Shown piece by piece: positions 32,075-43,539 of a stretch of DNA of 64,000 nt. Position 1 is the stretch's first letter. Every line of letters starts with the position of its first letter. The notes beneath the pieces were generated by a model. That model was given only the letters and a program-made list of their open reading frames with translations. It was not told the DNA's origin and did no database searches. Position numbers and translations under genes: made by a program. Source of the stretch: Cyanidioschyzon merolae (lineage: Eukaryota); the NCBI GenBank assembly GCA_000091205.1, contig AP006500.2; one strand, given 5' to 3'.

Positions 32075-33361
32075 ATGTCCAATAATGACGATCTTGCATC
32101 AGCTGCCGTTGGCCAAGACGACCACTCGAATCTTGTGGAGCGGCTCTGGCAGCACCTTGACGGTGCAGCGGCTGAAGACTTGACGCTGGCATCGCAGCGC
32201 GCGCTCACCGGGGAGGACGGGAGCCGTATCGGCAGGGTCGCTTCGGAGATTCTGGGAAAAAGTTCGTTGCCACCGGAGTACATGCAACGAACGCTCGCAA
32301 ATTTTGTTGACACAATCTATCTATCCCAACGACGCAAGCGACCTAGGCGCATCAGAGTCGTACGGCCCAAGATAGCACGCTCTTCTGGCGCAAACGAAAC
32401 GCCAGCGCCCGCTATGGCCCGAGCGAGCGCCGGCACCAGCTGGCGCATACGTCGACCACAGAACCCCGAGACAGTTGGCGTACCAGCGATGCTCGAGAGC
32501 GATGTTGATCTTGACGGAAAGGGCTCCGCGCCTCTGAATGCTGACCGCTCTGTTGCCAACGCGCGACAATCCCGAAACTACCGCTTGCAAGTCCTCCGAA
32601 GACGACGTCAGTCCGAGAGCGGAAGTATGAGGAAGAACAGGCAACCTGCACCAACTCGGGCCCAGAATCCGAACAACCACGACAACTGTGCATCCAAGCG
32701 CATTGATCCAGAGGAATCTGCAAAGACGCGTTGGACCCCAAAATACGCCGTATCAAACTTAGCTGCTTGTCTGCGCACGCTGCACTCTATCTTGAGTGAG
32801 AGCGACTCCAGCCAGAGTCCTCTTCCGGACTTGTCTCCGCCGGACGCTGCACTAAGTTTTGAGAGCTCGACAGATTCCAGCATAGTGTCTGGTACTTTGC
32901 AGAGTGCTGTGGAAATCGAGTCTGTGACTCTAATGGACACCGATCGCTGGGATGGGTATACGGCCCGTGCCATGATGCCGCATCGCGATCCGATTGGAGA
33001 ATTCGAATGCAGCCGCGACGCGAAGGATTCATCGAGCTGTCGTCGATCGCAGCACTCATCATCGCCATTGCCGGTTCTATCTGCGCAGGTTTCACCGGTA
33101 ACCGTAGATTCAACGGACTGGAGCAGTTCACAGTCGAAGAGGCAGCTGTCGCGGTGCAATTTAGCGATCGCGCTCGACGCGGTATGCGAATCCAAGGCGA
33201 GAAGCGAATGTTTCACGCATGCAGGCAGACGGAAAGCACCACAATCAGCAAAGAATCGGAGCGGAGCAGAGAACTGCATCGCTTCAGGGCAAGTGTTGAC
33301 TGCTCGCTCTCGTCTGCAGGCCCGACTGAAGAACAGGCGGACCTCCAAGGCATCGTACTGA
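32075..33361 (+). CDS. Possible low-complexity S/R/A/Q-rich hypothetical protein; may be spurious
   Basis: A long + strand ORF (GTG at 32045, first ATG at 32075) with no recognisable domain. It competes with an overlapping minus-strand ORF 32608..33576 of similar quality. GC-rich DNA yields such ORFs by chance. Confidence 0.2.
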   Translation: MSNNDDLASAAVGQDDHSNLVERLWQHLDGAAAEDLTLASQRALTGEDGSRIGRVASEILGKSSLPPEYMQRTLANFVDTIYLSQRRKRPRRIRVVRPKIARSSGANETPAPAMARASAGTSWRIRRPQNPETVGVPAMLESDVDLDGKGSAPLNADRSVANARQSRNYRLQVLRRRRQSESGSMRKNRQPAPTRAQNPNNHDNCASKRIDPEESAKTRWTPKYAVSNLAACLRTLHSILSESDSSQSPLPDLSPPDAALSFESSTDSSIVSGTLQSAVEIESVTLMDTDRWDGYTARAMMPHRDPIGEFECSRDAKDSSSCRRSQHSSSPLPVLSAQVSPVTVDSTDWSSSQSKRQLSRCNLAIALDAVCESKARSECFTHAGRRKAPQSAKNRSGAENCIASGQVLTARSRLQARLKNRRTSKASY

Positions 33362-34251
33362 TGCATCGTATTATGGATCTGCTGAGTGCGTTGCAGTTGC
33401 TCGCGGCATCCTGTTGCGTTTTCGGGGTCAGGATCAGGGACGCTCCTCCCCGCGACGCAAGGACCGTGCATGATGCTGCGCTTGGTCGCGGCTACTCGTG
33501 ATGATGCTGTGTTTCTCACGGCAGGTGCCGTATTTCGCGGGGACTCTCGCCAATGGTACAAATAGGCGACGGCCACGGCCGTGAATGCTAGCTTTTTACA
33601 GTGCTAAATCAACGCATCTAACCAGACTCGCCAGGATGCGCGAAGGCCACCATTGACCAGGGCAGAGACCGCGTCTCGCCCTCATCGGATGCGATCGTTC
33701 TCAGGTCGCGAGAGTTTCAATACGAATCGAAACACACGTTCACTCTCCATGGGACTTCTGGTGTATTTCGTTTGCAGTGACGAAGCGACGAGCGCGTGTT
33801 CAGTGATGACTGCCGTTCAATTCGCGCATCAAATCTTTTGTTTCCATAACAAAAACACAAAACTATGCCACAACGGGTATCTGTATCGTAGGCGGTGCCA
33901 TTCCTTGACGGCGGGTTCTGACCGCGATGGGCGCTTGCATGTGCAGACCCCCGTCGCCAGGAGATCGTCGACGAGTTTGGATATCTTGCCACCACGCACC
34001 CGACGGCCTCTGCCAGCAGCGTTCCACGGGTACGCGACTGCGCCGCCGTGCAGAGGTTTACACGGTTCAGCGCGGCGTTCGCATTGCCCCCGCCAGTCCC
34101 GCACCGAAACTTGAACTTTTGGCGCTCATTGCTGCAGCCCCCGTGCCAAAACAGGTCGCTTGCGACCTTATACAACAAGTCCTCGGTCGAGTCCAGGGAT
34201 AACCCAGTCCAAACTGCCCTGCTCGGTTCACCGACTGCGTGCGCACAGGCC

Positions 34252-34737
34252 TTAGTTCCCGGTCGCGGCAGTGGCTGCCTGTGTAGCCGACTGACTAACT
34301 TGTTGCGCCTGCTTCTTCTGATAATCAGATACCGCTGCTCTGATAGCGTCTTCGGCCAGCATCGAGCAGTGAAGCTTCACCGGTGGCAGTTTCAGTTCCG
34401 ACGCGATCTGGCGGTTCGTTACCTTGACGGCATCTTCCAGTCGTTTTCCCTTGATAAGCTCCGTCGCGTAAGACGAACTTGCTATCGCGCTCCCACAGCC
34501 GAAAGTCTTGAAAACGGACTCTACAATGGTACCCGTTGTCGGGTCCACACGGATGGCAAGTTTCATGACGTCTCCGCAAGCGGGTGCACCAACGAGGCCG
34601 ACACCAACGTCCGGTGCGTTGCGGTCCAGACTCCCTACATTCTTCGGTTTCTCAAAGTGTTCTATAACCTTTTGGTCATACGAACGCGTAAGTCGCGGAC
34701 GAGCAAAACGTACTTGTTGAGCCAAACGCCAGAACAT
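34252..34737 (-). CDS. ISCU: ISCU iron-sulfur cluster assembly scaffold protein (NifU N-terminal-like), mitochondrial-type presequence
   Basis: ATG at 34737 (checked). YDQKVIEHFEKPKNVGSLDRNAPDVGVGLVGAPACGDVMKLAIRVDP.TGTIVESVFKTFGCGSAIASSSYATELIKGKRLEDAVKVTNRQIASELKLPPVKLHCSMLAEDAIRAAVSDYQKK matches the ISCU/IscU consensus nearly position for position. The three cluster-ligand Cys, the LPPVK Hsp70-binding motif and the HCS motif are all there. MFWRLAQQVRFARPRLTRS is presequence-like. Confidence 0.93.
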   Translation of the reverse strand: MFWRLAQQVRFARPRLTRSYDQKVIEHFEKPKNVGSLDRNAPDVGVGLVGAPACGDVMKLAIRVDPTTGTIVESVFKTFGCGSAIASSSYATELIKGKRLEDAVKVTNRQIASELKLPPVKLHCSMLAEDAIRAAVSDYQKKQAQQVSQSATQAATAATGN

Positions 34738-35092
34738 GTCGTTGGTAACGCTTCACGTCCTCGTTATCGATTCCTCCAACACGGAGTCCAACTGGGTACC
34801 GTCTGTGATCTGCAGACGAGAGGTGCGCGTGTCACGGAAGCGCGTGGACGTCGCGTGCCTGACGCATGTCTGCAATGGTGTGCGTATTCTGTATATCATT
34901 GGATATAACGGACTCGAGTACCCACGGCCTGCTTGCGATCCTCGTACGTGAAGCATTCGCGCGCACGCGCTGGTCCGCTACAGCTGCTCCAGCACATGCT
35001 ATCCAACGTCCGGATACACTCGAGTTCGCAGACTTTCAGACTGCAGTGAAAACTTCGTAGACACGAAAGCGAATATTCAGGAATTGTATTTC

Positions 35093-35650
35093 ATGTTTGC
35101 ATATTACACACTAAACGGAAACGTATCCAAGGTGCACGCGAGAAGTCTGTGGTCGCGTGCACGCCGACGCCCTCGTCAGCCGTTTACGCGTTTGCAGGTC
35201 GGCGGGCACAGGCTCGAGTGCGCTGCACACGAGCCCCAGCAGGAAAGTATTGCTATCGTCCAGAGTACTTGGTCTCAAGCTGTGCAACAGCGCGAGCGTC
35301 TTGGACAAGTATTTTACGACCGCCTGTTCGCACTATATCCGGAACTACAGCCCATGTTCCGTTCGGATCCGGCACTTCAACGGATACGCCTCGTCGATAT
35401 GGTGGACGCTGGCGTTAAGCTACTGAATTCGCGGCGCGATTTGGAACAAGCGCTTCGTGATCTTGGGAAGCGCCACGTTAAGTACGGCACCCAGGAGGAG
35501 CAGTATCCCATCGTGGGCGAGAATTTGCTGCACGCCCTCGAGTCCATCCTCGGCAGCAAGCATTTTAGCGAAGATATGCGCAAAGCGTGGCTAGATGTCT
35601 ATGCATATTGGAGCTCGGTCATGTTGGAAGGTGCTCGCGAAGCTCAATGA
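35093..35650 (+). CDS. Single-domain globin (flavohemoglobin-N-terminal/bacterial-type 3-on-3 globin fold) with a short N-terminal extension
   Basis: IAIVQSTWSQAV...LGQVFYDRLFALYPELQPMF...LGKRHVKYGTQEEQYPIVGENLLHALESILG...MRKAWLDVYAYWSSVM aligns to FHb-type globins (TIATVKAT...FYDRMF..NPELK.IF...QKH.SF.IKPEQYNIVGEHLL.TL). The proximal His is in KRHV. The track start 35084 is TTG; the first ATG is at 35093. Confidence 0.78.
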   Translation: MFAYYTLNGNVSKVHARSLWSRARRRPRQPFTRLQVGGHRLECAAHEPQQESIAIVQSTWSQAVQQRERLGQVFYDRLFALYPELQPMFRSDPALQRIRLVDMVDAGVKLLNSRRDLEQALRDLGKRHVKYGTQEEQYPIVGENLLHALESILGSKHFSEDMRKAWLDVYAYWSSVMLEGAREAQ

Positions 35651-36039
35651 AATAAATGGGCATCAAAGCGCGAAAAGCGAACGAAAAGCTGGTGCCTGGT
35701 AGTACAGTGTGCGCCTGGTGACAGAGCTCCCGAGTCGACGCCTTCGACACCGTACGTTGCGCGATGCGCGCGAGAACGCCAGTGGCGTGGAGCTTGCGAG
35801 CGGTGCTACGTACACCGCTCCAATGAGGGATTTTGACGGTGAAAGCACGAACCTGTCGCTTCATGCGGCGGGTCGTACGCTGGCGGTATGCGGTCGCTGA
35901 AATGAGACTCACAGACAGCATGACGCCTCTCTGCAGGAAGTATCGCTTCCGAAAGCAACACCATGAAGTCTTGGATACGAAAAGAAGCATGTCGGCTTGC
36001 GCTCTAGTCGTAGTCCTTCTTCCTAATGAAGATCGCGCA

Positions 36040-36260
36040 GTGCTCATATACTTTTTCGTTTCAGTGTTTCTCAACTGTCTGAGAACTGTCGTATAACTGA
36101 TTTGAATGAGGAATACAGTCCCCGGTGCACTATTCTGTAAAGCATATACCCTACAGGCAATTTGTCCATCATCCATACTGTACGTTGAATCATGGTTTCG
36201 ATCTCCTGCTATGCACCGCTGCGCAGGTGAAACAAAACAGAGTGGAACGACTCCAGGAAC
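36040..36260 (-). mobile_element. Solo right-end fragment of the Tc1-like element family
   Basis: 36100-36260 aligns with the right ends of copy A (18690-18850) and copy B (44750-44920), including the shared string ...tcgatc.cc.gctatgcaccgc.gc..a.gtgaaaca.aa.... Confidence 0.5.
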
Positions 36261-39051
36261 TAGAGTTTTCGGACAAATCGATACTTACTTCCCCAGCTGA
36301 CCATTGATCTAGGTTCCATGTCGCATGGAGGCACCTACGGAAACACCGAGGTCTGTCCTTGACTGGATGCAGCGCTTATGTTTCTGGAACACGCTCCTCG
36401 CTTGCCGCGTATCCACACCGTGCAGCGGTCTCCATGCATGCGTCCACATTAGAGGCCGTGCAGAGCGCGCGGATCATGGGCCCTGAGCCGCGCTCTGGGC
36501 TCCGCTGTGCGCGCACCCAACGCGCATCGCGCCTCGCGAAGCGCACCAACACCGATGAGCGCGCAGCGGCGCCGTCGCCCGCAGTCGCGTGCGGAAGTCA
36601 GCAACCGCTTTGACCAACATTGACTAGCTTCGTGGTGGCCGAGCGTGCGTCGTCGCAGACGGACGCCCCCAGCGTACGCATACAGCAAATGCACCCGACT
36701 ACGAACTCGCCTAGGACTGCGCCGTTGCACCTGGAACCGTTTGAGGGCACGACTCATGTTTGTGACAGGTTCAATTTGGTGTTGGCGCAAGCAGTGCACG
36801 CAGCTCAGTTGCGCCCGCGTCGCTCCTGAGAAGCCAACGACAGGGTTTGCACGGCGGGGAGCACGCCGCCGGCTCGGTTGCCAAGCGCTCGTCGCAAAGA
36901 GCGACCTGACGGGTTGGAAAGACTGGCTGAGTGGCGGTTGGCCCGGCGGCGAGGCAGGTTTTTTCAAGTGGCTTGACAGCGGTGGTGAGGATGATGTCCC
37001 CTACCTAGAGCCGGATAAGCAGCCCCGGGCCTCCAAGTCCGGAGCTCGTTCGTCGTCGAACAACGCAGCGGCTCGCAGTGACGCAGCTGCACCTCGTTCG
37101 AACTCGACGGCGGCCTCAACGCCACCACAGGGTGGTCGCGTCGTTACCAAGCTCGTGACAAACCCGATTACTGGCAGGATAACTTTGGAGTATGTCGTAG
37201 AAGACGACGAGAACAATACCAAGTGATGATAGAGTTGGTCAAGGCTGTACCTACCACGTCCAAGTGCGCTGGCGGAGTTGGGGACACGATTCAACAGGAA
37301 CACACCATGGAACTGCTTCGTGAATCAGCGAAAGATTGAGTCCGGTTCTGATGGACGTGGCTGGCAATGCCGCCATGCTTCAACAAGTTTCTCGGTGGTG
37401 TAAACGCGTCATGGCTACGTACTTGAACACGGAGACACCTGTCGGTCTAAAGCTCTAGTTTTATTCCAGTGCCGTTGCCAGGGCTCTCTTCGGGGGCAGC
37501 TGCGGCGCCCAGCGCTCCAGGCTATCGAGTCTGGTCATCAGGGGAATGGTAGATGCCTTCCTGCGATGCAAGAGTGCTCTGATGTCAACACCATTCCTCA
37601 TCGCATTTTTTTAATTTGACGAAACGTTTCCATAGGCCAGCGTTCTTCGATTGTGCGCTTTTTCTTTTCTTATTTTTTTGTTGTTTTTTTCAGTGCGCGG
37701 TGAAGTATCCATCAAACCCGCTGCCTCCAAGTTACATGACCTGTACTTCTTCTCGGATATTCTAGTCGTTCCATACGTCCTATTGTGTGCCTAGTGCCTG
37801 CCGAAAGCGACAGCAATGGCGCCTATAGCGCCGGTGCAGTCGCTGCACGGAGACAGAACGGCATTGCCGTAGCACAGAGGGCGTCGGCTCGAGGATTTCT
37901 CATCGCATGAAACGAGGTTTGCCATTCTTCACATACTGTTCCTATCCGAATGAACCCGCAACGTTTCCGCTGGCGTACACGGTGGTCGCTCTGCGTCAAT
38001 GGGTAGGCAGCGGATGCATCCAAGTCTGTGCTGTCGCGTCCGAGCCTTGACGTTTTCGCATAGGCCGCGCGATACGCTACTTCCAGGTTTCGTCTGAAAA
38101 CACCTTGGATCAAACCGGCTACGTCGCGCAAGACTGTATCTGCGCTTGGACACGAGCGTTGGGTTAGACGACACCGTTGGTGCCAGCTACAAGAAGTTTC
38201 GCCTTACGAGGCGGAAACCGAGGGCAACTCGTGCGGACACCGGTGCAACAGCGTCGCGGACGTAGCCCTGAGCAACTCTTCAGTGCAGGTCACTTAACCA
38301 CCAGGTGACGCATTTTCGCCAACGCATTCGCGATTAGCGACGTGAGCCGGCAATCGACGGGTGTCGGGACAGCAAGTGCTCGACGTGGTTCGAATGCGTC
38401 CACAGACGGGACACACCTGCAACGTACAGCTTTGAACCTCCGGTGCAGCGTACAGCGGAAGCAGAGGCGAACGCGGACGTATATGCCGTCACCGGTTAGG
38501 TCTACGGAGGTCAGGCTCCATTGGGACTCGCGTTCGTCGTCTTCAAGATCTGGTCCAGTCACGGTATATCCAAAACAACGCAAGTGAAACGAGACCTGCG
38601 TTCCGGATATGTAAGTCGCTCTACGGTTTAGGAGTGGAAAGATCAGGCTCTGCCGCCAAAGCTGGTTTCTGAGCGAAATCCCATGAACGCATGAACCGAA
38701 CTACCATCTCGAAACGAAAAGATCATGCTTTACGGACTCCATGGCTTTCCGAGCGAAACCCAATAGCTCCCCATCCACACCCCGAAACGATCAATGTTCG
38801 CAAAGCCCCGCTCCCCTGAATGAGCACCATGCGTGCAACCTCGTCCCAAAAGTAGGACGGAAATACCTAACGAATCTGGTCCAGCTTTTCTATCTTTCCT
38901 CCTCGTTCGCTGTGCCTAGAAAAATGGTGTACAAACACATCAGTGCTATTCAAGACCCTTTCCCGGTTCGCTCTCTGTCTTGATAACTAGTTGCTCTATT
39001 TTCTTGAGCCGAGCTTGCCAACCCCTCGTGCCGGCTTCGTCGCGACACCGC

Positions 39052-39735
39052 TTACCAGTAAGGTTTCTTTTGCTCAGCATAGACTTGCTTTTGCTGATCC
39101 TTGGCACATACCTCCACTTTTTCATACTTCACACAAACGTTTTCCTCCTTAACGCATTTCTTGCCATAGGATTCGCAGTTCTGCACGAAGGAGATGCATT
39201 TGCCCTCTGCGTGCTTTGCACATACTTTCTTGTACTTGGCACATACCTTGACGGTTTCGTATGCGCTACCGTAACGCTTGCATTTGTTGTAGTCCGTCTC
39301 TTCAGCGATGCAGATCTGCACTTTCTTACAGAACTGCTTCGCTTGTTGTTGTTGTTGCTGTGGCGAAGACCAACGCTGGGCCCAATACTTGTCCTGCTGC
39401 TGTTGCTCCTCGACATGTTGGCAGTCTTCCTTGTAGCCGTACTTGGAACACTTCTTTCCATACTCAACGCAAACCTGCACAGGCTTCTTTTCATACTGAT
39501 ATTCAACACACTTTTCCTCGTGCTTCACGCAAAGCAGCTCGTATTCTGCGCAGACGTTCACGGGCTTTAGGCAGACGGCCTCGTACTTGGTGCAGTTGTA
39601 ACCGTACTGGACGCACTGCGTTTCATAATAGCACTTCTGCTTCGCTTCATTGGAGAGTGCCCATTGCGGTGCAACGATGACGAACGCAATCGCCAATAGC
39701 AAAATAGAGAAACGCAAGTGTCCTGGTTTCATCAT
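39052..39735 (-). CDS. Secreted Cys/Gln/Tyr/Lys-rich protein with heptad-spaced cysteines, family member 1 (~227 aa)
   Basis: ATG ATG at 39735/39732 (checked), then the signal peptide MMKPGHLRFSILLLAIAFVIVAPQWALS. The mature protein has block A, QKCYYETQCVQYGYNCTKYEAVCLKPVNVCAEYELLCVKHEEKCVEYQY...VCVEYGKKCSKYGYKEDCQ. A QQQQ/YWAQRW linker follows. Block B is QFCKKVQICIAE...KCKRYG...VCAKYKKVCAKH..KCISFVQNCESYGKKCVKEENVCVKYEKVEVC. It shares architecture with 42162-43073, 57223-59091 and 60204-61133. Confidence 0.75.
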   Translation of the reverse strand: MMKPGHLRFSILLLAIAFVIVAPQWALSNEAKQKCYYETQCVQYGYNCTKYEAVCLKPVNVCAEYELLCVKHEEKCVEYQYEKKPVQVCVEYGKKCSKYGYKEDCQHVEEQQQQDKYWAQRWSSPQQQQQQAKQFCKKVQICIAEETDYNKCKRYGSAYETVKVCAKYKKVCAKHAEGKCISFVQNCESYGKKCVKEENVCVKYEKVEVCAKDQQKQVYAEQKKPYW

Positions 39736-40559
39736 TGCAGCGTACGCTGATGCGGTGGTTTTCAAGCGCTTTCGTCTGAAAAACACCAATTTTTCCTCGA
39801 AATAAATGGTTACATCGGCCAGAGCTCGCAAAATCCCATGAACCGGACGCGCGTTCGATACGGGTGAGGTGAATCCCTGCATCTGCCGCATCTACCGCGA
39901 CCTGATGATGCGATTCCGCTAATCGGCGCAGATGAAGGAGCGGCCATACAAAGCCGTACCGGCGTATCAGCTTGCAGAGAAAACAATGCCCTCAATTCGT
40001 CAGCGTCGCATCTGCTGCGATGACAACGCGTACAGCGCCAGGAAGCTATTGCGGAATGCTCTACCAAGACCTGGTGCCTAGAACGCCGATGTACGACGAT
40101 GCCGCAGCCCCAGCGGGCATCCTTGTCCAGGAAACACGAGCGTCTTTCGTGCGTGCGTGCGTGCGTGCGCGGCTCTTTTGTTCTGGCATCATATTTGTGT
40201 ACATTCGTGTATGAGCGAAATGGAACGAGTCCCCGTAAATCGGGCGGACGCACTAAAGTTTAGGTCCCTTCCAGCTGTTATGAACACCAGTTTTTGTGGA
40301 CTTTTTCTGCGACTGCTTCCTCTGCCTTTCTTTTACCCCGGCTTTACATGCGTCGGTCTCTCGTCTCCCTCCACCTGCTTTAACAGGTATCGAAGGTTGT
40401 CGATACCGTCGTCTATCAAGGACAGTCGCTTCTTTCGTTTGTTGACAACGCGTTTCATGGACAGGTGGAAGCTGCGATGCATGCTTCGCTTGCCGGTTTC
40501 ATATCCTTTTTACACAGGCCTGGTACGCAATTCGCAGCGGTGACACTCGGCCGTGGTCA

Positions 40560-41110
40560 GGTGTTTTCATGAGACCGCAGCATCTACGTTTCCGAGGGTC
40601 GCCCTGTGGCGCGCGAACACTCGCTTCATCCCAAGATGAAAGCACGTTACCGGCACATATCGCTCTCGCCGATGCTCTTCTCCGTTTCCGCACCTGGTGT
40701 CGTGCTCGACGATCATGTGCCTCTTCTGAGCGATCATCTCTACGAGTGCTCTTTCCGCCGTGCATACAAGCGCGTACTTCTCGATTCTATAGAGGAATTG
40801 CGGAACGCGATGTTGTCCGCGATGGAACACTTCCCGGAAAGGGAATCCCGGCTGGAGGCGATGTCGAGAATTCTCCAATCCTTTTCTACACACTCCGTAG
40901 AAAGCGAAAACGCTCTTTCCACTGGATCTGAACGGTGCGATGCCTAAAGTCCAAGACGATTTCCCATGCAAACAGAGGAGACGGGAGCCTCTGGGAGCAT
41001 TTATCATGAGACGCGTTATGCTGCCGTCAAACGCCTTTTCCGCCATCGTCACAATGAGAGGAGGATTTGTCTTTTGAACGGGATAGATCATCTCGCGCCA
41101 CAAGTTCAGT
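40560..41110 (-). mobile_element. Decayed pogo/DDE_1-like transposon fragment (minus orientation)
   Basis: ORF 40567..41103 (-) gives ...ITRLMINAPRGSRLLCLHGKSSWTLGIAPFRSSG..., homologous to copy 1 (...ITIPLMGFASKGSLLFCLHGNVSWTGNRVIAVIASRG...). Confidence 0.5.
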
Positions 41111-42161
41111 GAACTTTCGGCATGAACGTGTACATAAGCCTTTAAGAGACGACGAGGATAATGTTTATCGTCAATCTGGTGAGACGATGCGCTGCACCCG
41201 CCGTTTGTGTTGGAACAGAATGATCGGTAGCCTAAAAAATGCGCGACTGGAGCATGGAAGCCGTAAGGAAATGAGAATGATAGAGCCTCATACGTGTATA
41301 TCGGGTAATCATATCGTTTATTTTACGAATACTTGTTCGATGGCGTCGCAAATTATCACGATTCCGGTGAGCTTACGAACTCCAGCGGCGGTCGGTCGAA
41401 AGGGCGGCTCCAAAAAGATGTCCAAATATCCTCGAAAGACGTGTCAATCCGTGACCCATTAATGCCGCACTTCGAATATCGAGGCTGCGCGCCTAAAACA
41501 GTTCGAAAGAATCGAAACAGAGGAAGAGAGCGAGCACCACAGTGCTCTATTCTGGTCTGACACCATCGCCTCGCCGTCTCGTGCGAGACACTGCGTTTCG
41601 CGGCATCGCCGGACGACTCGTGAACTGCTTCATTTTGTGCGTTGAAGGCGCCATTCGCGGAGCGATCCACCTCTAAAGTTGGATGCCCAACTCGAAGGCA
41701 TATGATGAAGAGCGTAACGCAGAAGACTGAGTTACAGCCCCTTCGGACTAGTCACCCAATCACGGGCATGGCGAGTGTCCTTCCTAGACAGGGTGTAGCG
41801 GCTTGTTTTCGTTGTACCACATCCATTTTATACTCGAAAGACAGATCCGCCGAGTCTTTCCACCGTTTCCTTTCTCTCTTAACGGCTATCGGCTCTGCTG
41901 TGCTGCGAGACCCCAACTTGCTCGCAGACTTTTGGCCCTTACCAAAGCACGTTCAATGCATGTCAGCTTCTACGAGCACACGCGGCATGCCCACACCTTA
42001 CGCATCCACCATACGAATGAACGCTGACCCATCAGGAACTTCCGTGGCGAATGCCCAGAACTCTACTGCACACGCGGTGTGCAACCTGTCCTTCGATCGT
42101 CGTGTTACGCTCCACCCGTCCCGCCATCTGTTCAGTCCGATAATAATGTTCGATAGGACCT

Positions 42162-43073
42162 TCAGCCCCACCATTGCATGTTGCCACCAGTGTAGTACTG
42201 CTGCTGCTGCTGCTGCTGCTGCCCTTTCTTAACTTGGGCGTACTGCTGCTTCTGTTGTTGTCCTTTCTGAAATTTGGCATACTGCTGCTTCTGTTGTTCT
42301 TGTTGCTGCTGCTGTTGCACGATCTGCGTAGCCTGTACCTGCTCTTGCTGAGCCTGTTGGCAAACCTGGACATTTTGATACTGCTGGCAAACCTGCTGGT
42401 ACCCTGTGCACTTCTGGCCGTACTGTGCGCATCCTTGCTCGTATTGCTCGCATTTGCCTTGTTGATACTGTGTGCACTTGTTCTCGTATTGCGCACACAC
42501 CTGTTCGGTTTGGTACTGCGTGGTATACTTCAGACACTTGTTCTTGTTCTGTTGGTACTTTGCGCACACCTGCTTGCAAACCGGCGTCTGCTGCCATCGG
42601 CGCATTGCGCCGTTCCATCCTTTCTTCTCCTGAACAGCCGCGGAAACCTGCTGCTTCTGAGGTGCTGGGGCAGGCGCAGGCTTCTGTGGTGCGACTTGTT
42701 GTTTTTGTTGCTGCTGCTGCTGCTGCTGCTGCTGAGCAACCGCCGATATTTGCTGCTGCTGCTGCTGCTGCTCGCAGCTAGAAGTGTATTCAACGCACTC
42801 CTGTGCATATTGTGCGCAGACCTGCACCGGCTTTTGCACAGTCTGGTACTGCACGCACTGCTGTTCCTGCTTCACGCACTCCTGCGCATACTGCTTGCAC
42901 TGCTGAATAGGCTGCAGGCATACCTTCTGATAACCAGTGCACTGGTTGCCATACTGAACACACTGCTGCTGCGTACTGCACTGTTGGTTCCAGGCAAACA
43001 CACCGGTTGTTACGGCACAGAAGGCCCAGACCAGAAGCACGACACGAGCAAAACTTGAATATCTAGACGACAT
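42162..43073 (-). CDS. Secreted Cys/Gln/Tyr-rich protein with heptad-spaced cysteines, family member 2 (303 aa); contains poly-Gln tracts encoded by (CAG)n
   Basis: ATG at 43073 (checked), signal peptide MSSRYSSFARVVLLVWAFCAVTTGVFA. Block A, QQCSTQQQCVQYGNQCTGYQKVCLQPIQQCKQYAQECVKQEQQCVQYQTVQKPVQVCAQYAQECVEYTSSCEQ, has Cys at 7-residue spacing. Poly-Q linkers follow. Block B is ...QTPVCKQVCAKYQQNKNKCLKYTTQYQTEQVCAQYENKCTQYQQGKCEQYEQGCAQYGQKCTGYQQVCQQYQNVQVCQQ. The tail is Q/K/Y-rich. The + strand ORF 42174..43058 (poly-Leu) is the antisense artefact. Confidence 0.8.
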   Translation of the reverse strand: MSSRYSSFARVVLLVWAFCAVTTGVFAWNQQCSTQQQCVQYGNQCTGYQKVCLQPIQQCKQYAQECVKQEQQCVQYQTVQKPVQVCAQYAQECVEYTSSCEQQQQQQQISAVAQQQQQQQQQQKQQVAPQKPAPAPAPQKQQVSAAVQEKKGWNGAMRRWQQTPVCKQVCAKYQQNKNKCLKYTTQYQTEQVCAQYENKCTQYQQGKCEQYEQGCAQYGQKCTGYQQVCQQYQNVQVCQQAQQEQVQATQIVQQQQQQEQQKQQYAKFQKGQQQKQQYAQVKKGQQQQQQQQYYTGGNMQWWG

Positions 43074-43539
43074 AATATGCTACCAATCTCTAGGAACGTT
43101 CTAAGGAACAAGACCAATAAAGTTTTTACTGTGACCATGCAATCCATCAGCCGGCAAGCCCATCACCCGGCCCCATGGGACACGTGAGCATAAGCCACAA
43201 ATCTGGCTGAACAGAGCCCAGACACGTTTCGCTTCCCCGCTCGATACGATTCTACAGGCCATCCAGACGCGATGCACCGGGAACCTGTGGCGCAGAGGCA
43301 CGCACAGAATGTCCGCATTGAGATCTCGGATCCTGTGACGGTGGTGGCGGGACGTGTCCGCGGCGCTTTCGGGTCCGTGTCCGTGTCCCGATTCATATCG
43401 AAGGGAAAAACAGCGCATCGCGTCGTGTCCCGGGCGTGCGGCGGACGCGACTCGTGAGTTTAGGGACAAAAATGGACATAAATAATCCGCGACCATAGGG
43501 TAAAAAATTTCTACCCACAGCTGGCCTCCAGGCTCTTTC

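Noticed and set aside
34048-34908. 286-aa + strand ORF overlapping ISCU
   Set aside because: Antisense to a near-perfectly conserved ISCU reading frame; no motifs; typical GC-rich shadow ORF.
5415-35650. Treating the Fe-S genes as an operon-like unit
   Set aside because: The sequence is eukaryotic, with separate genes on different strands kilobases apart. It is reported only as a co-location observation.
36645-37226. 193-aa ORF ending ...GFFKWLDSGGEDDVPYLEP...RVVTKLVTNPITGRITLEYVVEDDENNTK
   Set aside because: It starts at GTG (first ATG at 36756), overlaps a minus-strand ORF of equal length, and has no recognisable domain. It may be a small real gene but the evidence is insufficient.
42174-43058. 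Long poly-Leu ORFs (42174..43058 +, 57211..58791 -, 60162..61082 -, 38980..39570 +)
   Set aside because: These are antisense readings of the Gln/Lys-rich secreted-protein genes, since CAG/CAA/AAG reverse-complement to CTG/TTG/CTT. The sense strands have signal peptides and conserved Cys registers; these frames have neither.
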